DNA from: Dendrobates tinctorius
Lineage: Eukaryota
Reading direction: 5' to 3'
DNA: 64,000 nucleotides
NCBI RefSeq assembly: GCF_039654945.1
Contig: NW_027361872.1
Span: 8,184,001 to 8,248,000, forward strand
Shown here: positions 53,063-64,000 of the stretch, piece after piece
How positions within the stretch are numbered: the first letter of the stretch is position 1
Layout: each line of letters begins with the position of its first letter
Notes under the pieces: generated by a model
What the model was told of the DNA's origin: nothing
What the model saw: only the letters and a program-made list of their open reading frames with translations
The model's database searches: none
Made by a program: the position numbers and the translations under genes

Positions 53063-56000
53063 CTATGTGTCATCAGGGGAAGGTGGGACAAAATCCTTGG
53101 AAACCCATGCGTGGTTCATTTTAATGAAGGTTAGATCATCCACATTTTGGGTTGACAGACGGGTCCTTTTTTCTGTCAGGATTGATCCAGCTGCACTGAA
53201 GACTCTTTCCGATAGCACACTTGCAGCTGGGCAAGTGAGCTCCTGTAAGGCATATTGGGCCAATTCAGGCCAGGTGTCCAGTTTAGCGGCCCAATAGTGA
53301 AAGGGGAATGACCTGTGTGGGAGAACATCGATATGGGAGGAAAAGTAGTTTGTTACCATAGTTGACAACTGCTGTCTCCTGTCACTTTCCATCGATGCAG
53401 TATTACCAGTTGTGTGAGCGGTATTTGGAAAATCAGTCCACAACATTGTCATGAAACCCCTGTCTCCAACGCCACTTCTGCTGTGTGCACCACGAACACC
53501 TCTGCCAAGCTGCCCCCGGCCCGTACGGCTCGTGTGAGAACCATCACCGCTGCTGTGTGCTGGGAATGCCTCAAGCAACCGATTTACCAGAGTTGCTTGT
53601 TTATTAGCCAATATTAGGTCAAGGTTCTCCTGTGGCATGATGTTTTGTAATTTGCCTTTATAGCATGGATCCAGGATGCTGGCCAACCAGTAGTCGTCAT
53701 CGTTCATCATTTTGGCAATGCGGGGGTCCCTTTTTAGGAAATGCAAGGCATAATCTGACATGTGGGCCAATGTTCCCGATGTCAATGATGCACTGCGAGT
53801 GCTGGGTGGAGGAGCACTTTCTGGCAAATCCACATCCCTCCAGTCACGCACAAACCCTGTACCAGACCTTGCCACGCCAACATTTTCACTTGCCCCACGA
53901 GATGCATCCTCCTCCCCTAAGTAATCATCCCCATCATCCTCCTCCTCCTCCTCTTCTTCCTCCACCTCGTCCAGGAGAGGTCCCTGAGCAGACAATGGCT
54001 GAATGTCATCAAGGATTCCCTCCTCCTCTTCCTCCTCATCAACATTGGCTGCAGACGCCTGCTCCTTAAGGTGCGTCAAAGTTTGCATGAGCAGACGCAT
54101 AAGTGGGATGCTCATGCTTAGGATGGCGTCGTCTGCGCTTACCAGCCGTGTGCATTCCTCAAAACACTGAAGGACTTTACAAAGGTCTTTCAGCTTCGAC
54201 CACTGCACACCTGTCAACTCCATGTCTGCTCTCAAAGAGCCTGGCCGTGTATCCTCCCACAAATGCATTATGGCCTGCCTCTGCTCGCACAGCCGCTCCA
54301 CCATGTGCAGGGAGGAGTTCCACCTTGTTGCAATGTCGATAATGAGGCGGTGGTTGGGAAGGTGGAGCAATCGCTGCAGCTTCTGCATACGAACGGAGTG
54401 TACAGGCGACCGGCGGATGTGCGCGCACAGTCTTCGCACCTTCTGGAGCAGGGCTGTTAACTCCGGATAATTTTTGAGGAAGCATTGCACCACCAGGTTC
54501 AAGGTGTGAGCCAAGCAAGGTATGTGGCTGAGTTTTGAAAGGGCTATGGCTGCCACAAAATTACGGCCGTTATCACTAACTACCTTGCCTGCCTCAAGAT
54601 GTACACTGCCCAGCCATGACTCAGTTTGTCGCTTCAAGTACTCGGCCAGCACCTCGGCGGTGTGTCTGTCGCCCAAACACATCATCTGCAACACAGCCTA
54701 CTGATGCTTTCCACTAGCTGCTCGATAGGGGGACACATCGTGTGAAACAGTGGCAGCTGCAGATGGAGTGCTCATACGACTGCGCTCTGTGGACGAGCTT
54801 TCGCTTCTGGAGGAGGTGGAGGAGGAGGAGGGTCGAACGCCTACAGCCAACTGTTTCCTATACCGTGGGCTAGGCAGCACTGTCCCACCACCGCTGTCCC
54901 CTGTGGACCCTGCATCCACCACATTAACCCAGTGCGCAGTGATGGACACGTAACGGCCCTGGCCATGCCGACTGGACCATGCATCAGTTGTGAGGTGCAC
55001 CTTTCCGCTCACTGACTGCTTGAGTGCATGGACAATGCGGTCTTTCACATGATGGTGGAGGGCTGGGATGGCTTTGCGAGAGAAGAAGTGGCGACTGGGT
55101 AGGTCATAGCGTGGTACTGCATAGGCCATGAGTTCGCGGAAAGCTGTGCTTTCCACCAACCGAAAGGGCATCATCTCAAACGAGATTAGTTTGGCAATGT
55201 GGGCGTTCAAACCCAGTGTACGCGGATGAGAGACTGAGTACTTTCTTGACCTACTCATAGTGTCTGGGAGAGTGAGCTGGACTTGAGAGCTGCATATGGT
55301 GGAAGTAGCGGTGGACAGGGCGGACTGAGAGAGGGTTGATGATGGTGATGGAGTTGGTGTTCTTTCTGATGGCCTAGAATCAGTCTTTCGTTGATATAAC
55401 AGTGGGATTCCCTGACTGCTGTGGCCTTGCAACGACACCTCAACATTTGCTGCTGTGCTAACCGGTGGGCTTACAGTGGGGGAAACAATGTAGCGTTGCT
55501 GACTACCTTCGTTGTGATCAGTTGCACATGTGGCACTTGAGGTTTGGTGTTGTGTCCACGCTTGCAAGTGCATGCTGGTTAAATGTCTAAGCATGCAACT
55601 GGTATTCAAATTTTTCAGATTTTTCCCTCGGCTAAAGGTCTTTGCGCACTTCTTACAGATAACCTTGGCCTGATCATGAGGATTTTGTTCAAAAGAGTGC
55701 CACACTGCACTCTTCCTACTTTGGCAGACATTTTGCGGCCTAGCACGCTGTGATCTTTTGACCCTCTGGACAAGCTGTCCAGCAACTCTTTTGATGTTTG
55801 GAACCTGTCTTTGGAGTGCTCCGGGCCTGCCAGATAACAGCTGTTGTGATGTCGATGTCTTCTGTGGATGCTCCTCATCTGAGCTATTGGAAGCAGACCC
55901 TCTTCCCCCAATGGATGCCAATCTGAGTCAACAACTGGGTCATCCATCACCTCCTCTTCTATGTCATGTGCACCTTCCTCTGTGTCACTGTGTATGGGGG

Positions 56001-56591
56001 AAGGGGCACCTGAGTCTCATCAGGGTCAGAATCTGGCTCTGTACACTGCGAGGACAATGTAGTGCTCTGAGTGAATGTACCAGCAGAATCATCTATCAGC
56101 GGCTGTGCATCAGTGCACTCCATGTCAGATTCATCTTGGCCTGGGTAATTCACCATTTCACTTGATAATCCAGGCATGGTATGTGAAAACAGCTCCATGG
56201 AGTAATCAGTAGTATGGCCTGCATCATCCTTCAATCTTGGTTGGGGTGAAGGACACAAGGAAAGGTGTGGTTCATGAACATGAGCCTCCAATGACGACTC
56301 AGTGCTTTTACTTTTTACAACTGAAGAAGAGGAGGCGATAGAGCTGGAGGCTGAGTCAGCAATGTAAGACAAAACTTTTTCCTGATGCTCTGGCTTTAAA
56401 AGCGGTTTGCCAACTCCTAGAAAACTAAGCGTTCGAGGCCTTATGTAGCCAGACGATGACGCAGGCTCAACACCTCCTGCATTCGGTCCTATTTTGCTCT
56501 TGCCACTACCATCAGATCCACCACCAACACCATCATTACCAGCTGCCAACCCCCGCCCAATTCCACGGCCTCTTCCACCAGCCTTCCTCAT
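53063..56591 (-). pseudogene. hAT transposase with BED zinc finger, ~1,170 codons; two frameshifts (~55.9-56.0 kb) and a TAG at 54698-54700
   Basis: BED finger SAVWHSF..CKKC..RHLTSMH. Catalytic LTTDAWS, VVSDNG and SERVFS. CLAH, TRWNS and the C-terminal dimerisation block. ORFs 54698-55921 and 53063-54694 are in frame. Confidence 0.95.
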
Positions 56592-56661
56592 TTTTGGTAG
56601 AAATGTAGACAAAATCCAACAAACTATATAGTATGTAAAACAAGGTGTCTATAGGACAGGG

Positions 56662-58615
56662 GAGATTTTGAATTTCTGCACACACTTTTGGATACTGGAC
56701 ACTTTTGGATTGTGTGAGGCCCACTGATATCTGAGCGCTATGTGACAGGCTCGATGGCACAGCTGTGACCTAAGTGATTAGAGAATAAGTGAGATTTTGA
56801 ATCTCTGCACACACTTTTGGACACTGGACACTTTTGGATTGTGTGAGGCCCAATGAATATCTGAGCGCTATATGACAAGCTCGATGGCACAGCTGTGACC
56901 TAAGTGACTAGAGAATAAGTGAGAGTTTGAATCTCTGCACACACTTTTGGACACTGGACACTTTTGGATTGTGTGAGGCCCAATGAATATCTGAGCACTA
57001 TGTGACAAGCTCGATGGCACAGCTGTGACCTAAGTGACTAGAGGATAAGTGAGAGTTTGAATCTCTGCACACACTTTTGGACACTGGACACTTTTGGATT
57101 GTGTGAGGCCCAATGAATATCTGAGCGCTATGTGACAAGCTCGATGGCACAGCTGTGACCTAAGTGACTAGAGGATAAGTGAGAGTTTGAATCTCTGCAC
57201 ACACTTTTGGACACTGGACACTTTTGGATTGTGTGAGGCCCAATGAATATCTGAGCGCTATGTGACAAGCTCGATGGCACAGCTGTGACCTAAGTGACTA
57301 GAGGATAAGTGAGAGTTTGAATCTCTGCACACACTTTTGGACACTGGACACTTTTGGATTGTGTGAGGCCCAATGAATATCTGAGCGCTATGTGACAAGC
57401 TCGATGGCACAGCTGTAACCTAAGTGACTAGAGAATAAGTGAGATTTTGAATCTCTGCACACACTTTTGGACACTGGACACTTTTGGATTGTGTGAGGCC
57501 CAATGAATATCTGAGCGCTATGTGACAGGCTCGATGGCACAGCTGTGACCTAAGTGACTAGAGAATAAGTGAGATTTTGAATCTCTGCACACACTTTTGG
57601 ACACTGGACACTTTTGGATTGTGTGAGGCCCAATGAATATCTGAGCGCTATGTGACAAGCTCGATGGCACAGCTGTGACCTAAGTGACTAGAGGGTAAGT
57701 GAGAGGTTGAATCTCTGCACACACTTTTGGACACTGGACACTTTTGGATTGTGTGAGGCCCAATGAATATCTGAGCGCTATGTGACAAGCTCGATGGCAC
57801 AGCTGTGACCTAAGTGACTAGAGAATAAGTGAGATTTTGAATCTCTGCACACACTTTTGGACACTGGACACTTTTGGATTGTGTGAGGCCCAATGAATAT
57901 CTAAGCGCTATGTGACAAGCTCGATGGCACAGCTGTGACCTAAGTGACTAGAGGATAAGTGAGAGTTTGAATCTCTGCACACACTTTTGGACACTGGACA
58001 CTTTTGGATTGTGTGAGGCCCAATGAATATCTGAGCGCTATGTGACAAGCTCGATGGCACAGCTGTGACCTAAGTGACTAGAGGATAAGTGAGAGTTTGA
58101 ATCTCTGCACACACTTTTGGACACTGGACACTTTTGGATTGTGTGAGGCCCAATGAATATCTGAGCGCTATGTGACAAGCTCGATGGCACAGCTGTGACC
58201 TAAGTGACTAGAGAATAAGTGAGATTTTGAATCTCTGCACACACTTTTGGACACTGGACACTTTTGGATTGTGTGAGGCCCAATGAATATCTGAGCGCTA
58301 TGTGACAGGCTTGATGGCACAGCTGTGACCTAAGTGACTAGAGAATAAGTGAGATTTTGAATCTCTGCACACACTTTTGGACACTGGACACTTTTGGATT
58401 GTGTGAGGCCCAATGAATATCTGAGCGCTATGTGACAAGCTTGATGGCACAGCTGTGACCTAAGTGACTAGAGGATAAGTGAGAGTTTGAATCTCTGCAC
58501 ACACTTTTGGACACTGGACACTTTTGGATTGTGTGAGGCCCAATGAAAATCTGAGCGCTATGTGACAAGCTCGATGGCACAGCTGTGACCTAAGTGACTA
58601 GAGGATGAGGGAGAT
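56662..58615. repeat. hAT-internal tandem array B: 15 units of 130 bp, followed by a ~325-bp-spaced duplication to ~59125
   Basis: agctgtgacc (once agctgtaacc) recurs every 130 bp from 56761 to 58581. Confidence 0.97.
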
Positions 58616-59203
58616 TGGATTGCTTTTAAAAAAGCAGTTTGCGGAGCAGTGGGTAAACAGCAATGCCAGCCTGTCAGGAAGCCTTAAAAGGCAGCCCAAC
58701 AACCAACACCACTGATACACCACTATATAGCCTCCCCTTGCACTGCACACAGTGACTGGTGTGTTGTGCAGGCCAAATTGCTATCAGCAGCAGAAGCAGT
58801 TTTTTTTTCTTCTCAGCAGGACAAAAAAAAAATTGGGATTGCTTTTAAAAAAGCAGTTTGAGGCCCAATGAATATCTGAGCGCTATGTGACAGGCTCGAT
58901 GGCACAGCTGTGACCAAAGTGACTAGAGGATAAGGGAGATTGGATTGCTTTTAAAAAAGCAGTTTGCGGAGCAGTGGGTAAACAGCAATGCCAGCCTGTC
59001 AGGAAGCCTTAGAAGGCAGCCCAACAACCAACACCACTGATACACCACTATATAGCCTCCCCTTGCACTGCACACACAGTGACTGGTGTGTTGTGCAGGC
59101 CAAATCGCTAGCAGCAGAAGCAGTTTTTTGGTCTTCTTCCCTGCCTAACGCTCTCCCTACAGAATCAGCAGCAACCTCTCCCTATACTGAGATCGGCAGA
59201 AGT

Positions 59204-59350
59204 AAGATGGCGGTCGGCGTGCACGCCCTTTTATACCCCCTGTGACGCCCACCAAAGCAAGCCAATCACTTGCATGCCCTTCTGAAAGATGGTGGTGACC
59301 CGTGCCTATGTCATCACGTTGCCCACAGTGTCCGTGGATCCTGATTGGCT
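59204..59350 (-). promoter_or_regulatory. Putative Pol II promoter of the hAT (CCAAT x2, TATA, YY1)
   Basis: ATTGG at 59344, CCAAT at 59262, TATAAAA on minus at 59229-59235 and AAGATGGCGG at 59204-59213. The cassette points toward the transposase. Confidence 0.55.
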
Positions 59351-60960
59351 GAAAAAGAGCGCAAAACAAACTTTTGAAACGCGACTTTGGCGCGTAAGTC
59401 GCCGACCTCGTGGCCGACCTAATCCTAGGGTCGGGTTTCGTTTCATGAAACCCGACTTTGCCAAAAGTCGGAGACTTTTGAATTTTTTCAACCCGTTTCG
59501 CTCAACTTTAGTAACGGGGTCTTAAGAAAAATGTATACATTTTATATAACGGGTAATCAAAATCCCTGTAAATAATGACAGCTGTATATTGACTACTATT
59601 TAACATGACTATAAATGTGATTGGCTAATGCTGAAGAAAACCACATCCCCTGTTATAATAGGGTGATCACACTTATGCAACCACAATATTTTAGTTTTAG
59701 TTTTATTTCCCCCTTCAAAATGACTTCACTTTATTTCTCTATGTACAGATTATGGGCGATATTAAAGATGGAAAAAGTTCTTAAATGATTCTTCTTGGTA
59801 TGATTTTTTTTTATAAGACTATAACCTGCCATTTTAACAGGGGTGTATAGACTTTTCTATTATCCACTGCACGCTCATCCCAATTGAGAAAAACTATTTC
59901 CATAGAATGCTTTCTACAGTTGTACTTGTACAGTATGGCAATATGTTGCACCCTACCCCAAGCCAAGTTTGCCAAAAGATCTCTAGATGCAATCAAAGAT
60001 CTAAAACTGCTTAAGGTTTCTCCTTTAAATGATGTTTCGGCAATTTCTGCTCTTATTACTGACTGATTGTATTACGTTTGTTCTATAAGATATAGGAATT
60101 ATTCAATTTCCTGCACTTTGCATTCATATACTGGTAAGGCACGTGGAAATAGAGATCTTTAACTAGAAGGGATGGACGACGCCATATACAACTAAATGAG
60201 GCTAACGAGAGCAAAATAAAGTGTTAATTGCTCTGTCTGCTCACAGCTTTTAATTACAATGTGCTTCAGTATTTTCCAACCAAGCAATGAATCACATATT
60301 TTATTGCTGTTTGCATTATAAATGTGAATATTTAGAGCTAGACGGTTATTGTGGAGTTTAATGTATTCCACAACGGTAAATCTCAAGAATATTGCAAGTT
60401 TCTTACGAGTTCTGCAACTACAAGCCAAGCTCTTTTGTGCAAGTTATGGAAAGCCAAGGGAATATCTAAATCTGTTAAGAGTTTTATAGTTTATATTTCT
60501 TTTTTTTAACAAAACAAAAACTTTTTTAAATAAATTTTGCAGAAAAGCAGGATGGATGTATTATAGAGACAATTTGTGGGGGAAAGGAAGATTATGTCGG
60601 GTTCAGTAGATCACTGATCAGTGGTGAGAACCCAAGTAGGACTTCTGTTCTTCAAGAACATCACAAAAAGAACTTGAGCAATATGACGTCCACCAGTCCA
60701 ATAAGTGATGCCAAGGAGAAAAACTGGATAATGTGGTACCTTCTGGTCTCACAATAAAGTTTGAGATAGATAAATTAACCTGGGGCAAAAATAGGACTTT
60801 GATATGAGTCCTTCTCTAACATTTGTCTGGGTAGAACATAATAAAAAACATCAGTAGATGACATAATAAGAACTTTCTATTTGTTATAAATCTTCAAAGC
60901 AGCCAATGAGAGTAGTAGGCAGACAAAAAAATCCATTGTCCATCTGATGACCTCTGACCT

Positions 60961-61256
60961 TGTATAAAGAACGAGGGAAATGGCACATCCACTTACTTGC
61001 TAAAATCACATTTCTTTATTATTTATCCATTAATACTATTACTTTTCTTGCTTCTATTTAGACAACTCTGATGGGTTTCCATTGTTAACCACACCTTTAG
61101 TTATGCCTCTATGACTTAGGGCGTGGTTAATGCGGGCAATGCATCAGAGTTGTCTAACTAGGAGGAACAGAAGTAATGTATTTAATGGATAAATAATAAT
61201 GAAATATAATTTTAGCAAACAGATGGATGTACTGTTTTCCCTCACACTTTATACAT
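60961..61256. mobile_element. Old palindromic MITE-like fold-back
   Basis: Arms tgtataaa..gagggaaa..acatcc..attatttatccatta..tagacaactctgatg / catcagagttgtcta..taatggataaataat..ggatgt..tttccctc..tttataca. Confidence 0.65.
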
Positions 61257-62956
61257 TTCAGTCCAAGTCAGCAGTTTAAACGGAAACCACAAAAGATTTC
61301 AAGGAGTCAGCAATAAATATATGGTGATTTCAACAATTTTCCTTATCTAGTGATCCATGAATGAACTCTCGCCTTATTCTCATTCCCTGAAGGTGTTATA
61401 TAATGGAGCACCTCCACCTGCTATTTCAATAGTAAAGGAGTTGTCATAACATCAATAATTGCTAAAATTGCAAAATTCAAGCAACTTTGCAATTTTAATT
61501 GTACTGAACATCCTCTCCGATCTCAAGAACAAAGAGATTTTTCATTTTCTTGTTTAATGCTCATTTTCTAGGTGACCGATCTACGATGCAGTCTAGAAGC
61601 ATGGCCAAGTACATGCAGTGCCTAGAAGCTCATTAGAATAGAGCTCTTCATCTAAAGCTGGCTGGATCACTGAAGCATACGATTTGCCCTCCTACAACGT
61701 TTCCCTGCCCTCTTACGATTCTGCAGCAGGTTCAGAAAGGGAACAGTTTGGGCCAGTGGCACAACTATAATGTGCTTCTGAACAGTCAATATTTAGGAAC
61801 AAATACGGAGGTAGGTGAGTGGTATGTTCCATAAGATTAAACGCTCTAGTGGAACATTGTAGAGATGTGCAAATTTAGAAACCAGAGAGAGAGAGAGAGC
61901 TTCCAGGTCTCAAGCAAAAAATGCAAGTGCCTACACCTTCCTTAGGCCAGTAGGTGCTATGTGTAGCATAACACCTCACATCCTAGATGTCACTCATTGC
62001 CACCATACAGGTGTTAAAAGTCATTTCCTTTTAACAGTTTTGCTTGAAAGAAAAGTGCTATAAACTAATTTAAAAGCTAGTGAATGTCATCACCCATCCT
62101 TGTCAACAGTCTAGATTTAGCCAGAACTTGTAAAAACAGGTGAGGCTAATACAAACTCATTCTTAAAAAGGAATTTGGGGTGTTGAACAGCCGCGACACA
62201 TGCAGTCGCGGGGACTGAAACACATTAATCAAGCACGCTGAAGATTCTCTATTATCACACGAGCGTGCTCGAATAACACCTGGCTATTTACTATCTGAAA
62301 CATACAAGTCAGTGATATTCTCAGTATTTTCATGCAGACATGTAATCAGGCAACATTTTAAGAACCTTTTCACCTTCCAATGACAAAGCAGAAAGATATT
62401 TCATTTTTCTTTAAACCCATGGGCATGGGACATATACCGGTAGCTATAGGCTATTTTCCTTTACAGATACAAAGCAGAAGACCGAGGGACATCCACATCG
62501 GTTATTTATCCATGGGCTGTGACACAACATAAGTTATATTCAATTTTGTTTGATAGATGTTTGGGCTTCCAGCTACAAAATTATTTTTATACAACTAATA
62601 TTAATGTAATTTGATTTCAAATTCTCATTCTTATTTCTCATCGACTATACAACTCTTTGTTTTTTCTCTTTTTCTTCATACTGGAAGAGACAAGAGAAAA
62701 CCGTAGTTGATCATAATATATGCTGTATACATTAAAGACGTGTGGTTGCTATTGTCATTGTGCTTTTATGGGTAATCTTATTCTGTTTGAATAAAGAATC
62801 TAATTAGCATTATATTTCCTATCAGATGTATGGAATGACGTCAGATTAGGATGTATATAGTGTAATCGAGATTCTGAGGTCATTTCAAGGGCATGATTCA
62901 TTTTATATTTTCTTATATATTGGTACAGTACTTATGTATTAGTATAATATATATAC

Positions 62957-62996
<40 letters not shown>

Positions 62997-63006
62997 TAGA
63001 TAGATA

Positions 63007-64000
63007 TAGCTCTGGCAAAAACTAAGATTTTTCTCTTTATAGGTATATTTTTTAGCAAAATGTAAATTGCTTTTTTATTCTATAAACTACTGACAACATG
63101 TGTCCGAATTTCCAAGCACTAAATTTTGCATTTATTTTCAGAAAATGAGAAATGGTCAAAATAACAAAAAATGCAGTGCTTGCAGACCTCAAAGAATGCT
63201 AAGAAAACAAGTTCATAATCATTTAGAAACAACAATACTAATGTTTTAACTCAGGAAGAGTTCAGAAATCAATATTTTGTGGAATAACCATGATTTTTAA
63301 TCACAGCTTTCATGCGTCTTGGCATGCTTTCCACCAGTCTTTCACACTGCTTTTGGGTGACCTTAGGCCACTCCTGGTAGAAAAATGTAAGCAGTTCTTC
63401 TATGTTTGATGGCTTGTGACTATCCATCTTCCTCTTGATTACATTCCAGTGGTTTTCAATTGGGTTCAGGTCTGGAGATTGGGCTGGCCATGACAGGGAT
63501 TTGATGTTGTCGTCCTTCAGCCACACATTGATTGACCTAGCTGTGTGGAATGGTGCATTATCCTGCTGAAAAAAAACAGTCCTCAGAGTTGGGGAACATT
63601 GCCTGAGCAGAAGGAATCAACTATTTTTCCAGGATAACCTTGTATGCGGCTTGATTCATATGTTCTTCGCAAAGATTAACTTGCCCAATTTCAGCCTTGC
63701 TGAAGCATCCCCAGATCATCACCGATCCACCACCAAATTTCACAGTGGGTGCAAGACACTGTGGCTTGTACGCCTCTCCAGGTCTCTGTCTAACCATTAG
63801 AATACCAGGTGTTGGGCAAAGCTGAAAATTAGTCATCAGAGAAGATTACCTTACTCCAGTCCTCTATGGTAAAATCCTTATGGTATTTGGCAAACTTCAG
63901 CCTGGCTCTCCTTTGCTTCTCATTGATGAAAGGCTTTTTTCTACCTTTACATGACTAGAGCCATGCCTCTAGGAGCCTGTTACAAACTGTTCTTGCCATG
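63007..64000 (-). mobile_element. Tc1 element of the same family as 38680-40216, truncated by the window edge
   Basis: TIR agctctggcaaaa next to a (TA)n run. WPAQSPDLNPIEN..GYSTKY and PTVKFGGGSVMIWG motifs. Confidence 0.9.

Larger units (their letters stand above)
50631..59510 (-). mobile_element. Large hAT transposon (8,880 bp)
   Basis: TIR tagagttgagcga/tcgctcaacttta with perfect 8-bp TSD GTAACGGG. Subterminal gtcgg/ccgac repeats at both ends and an internal transposase. Confidence 0.96.
50186..59522. mobile_element. Harbinger-type MITE whose right TIR is interrupted by the hAT
   Basis: TAA+aggccctgtcacac ... gt[gtaacggg-hAT-gtaacggg]gtct+TAA. Confidence 0.85.
48948..59869 (-). mobile_element. 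Old Tc1 relic (pieces 48948-50185 and 59523-59869) hosting the nested MITE and hAT
   Basis: TIRs ctggatataaaaaaatcttcacaccactgttaaaat / attttaacaggggtgtatagacttttctattatccactg. Internal ~230-bp tandem duplication at ~49696 and ~49927. Confidence 0.75.

Noticed and set aside
53063-56612. Domesticated ZBED host gene, or three separate genes
   Set aside because: It is bounded by TIRs and a perfect TSD. The three ORFs are consecutive pieces of one disrupted transposase.
51477-58615. CRISPR-like or guide-RNA array beside a nuclease-fold gene
   Set aside because: Units are near-identical along their whole length with no unique spacers, and the neighbouring gene is a hAT transposase.

Overview
This is repeat-dense, non-genic vertebrate DNA. 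The repeat repertoire points to an anuran amphibian (inference). No host protein-coding exon could be supported. The window is a layered transposon landscape: (1) two CR1 LINEs with zinc-finger + SGNH-esterase ORF1 and APE/RT ORF2, the one at 20341-25108 being nearly intact; (2) a piggyBac with a single nonsense codon and an inverted left end; (3) an 8.9-kb hAT with a ~1,170-codon BED-finger transposase flanked by two 130-bp satellite arrays, nested as hAT in Harbinger MITE in Tc1; (4) six Tc1 copies or relics; (5) many hAT, Harbinger and Kolobok/T2-type MITEs with identifiable TSDs; (6) a solo LTR, a V-SINE and a 3-kb 30-bp minisatellite with a 1051-bp higher-order repeat. The least expected signal is a set of hammerhead-ribozyme-like motifs. 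Six copies of one variant core occur at four loci, two loci being head-to-head palindromes pivoting on AAGCTT beside TATC microsatellites. A fifth locus has a canonical CUGAUGA core near a CTCF-like site. All coordinates were read by eye and no searches were run.
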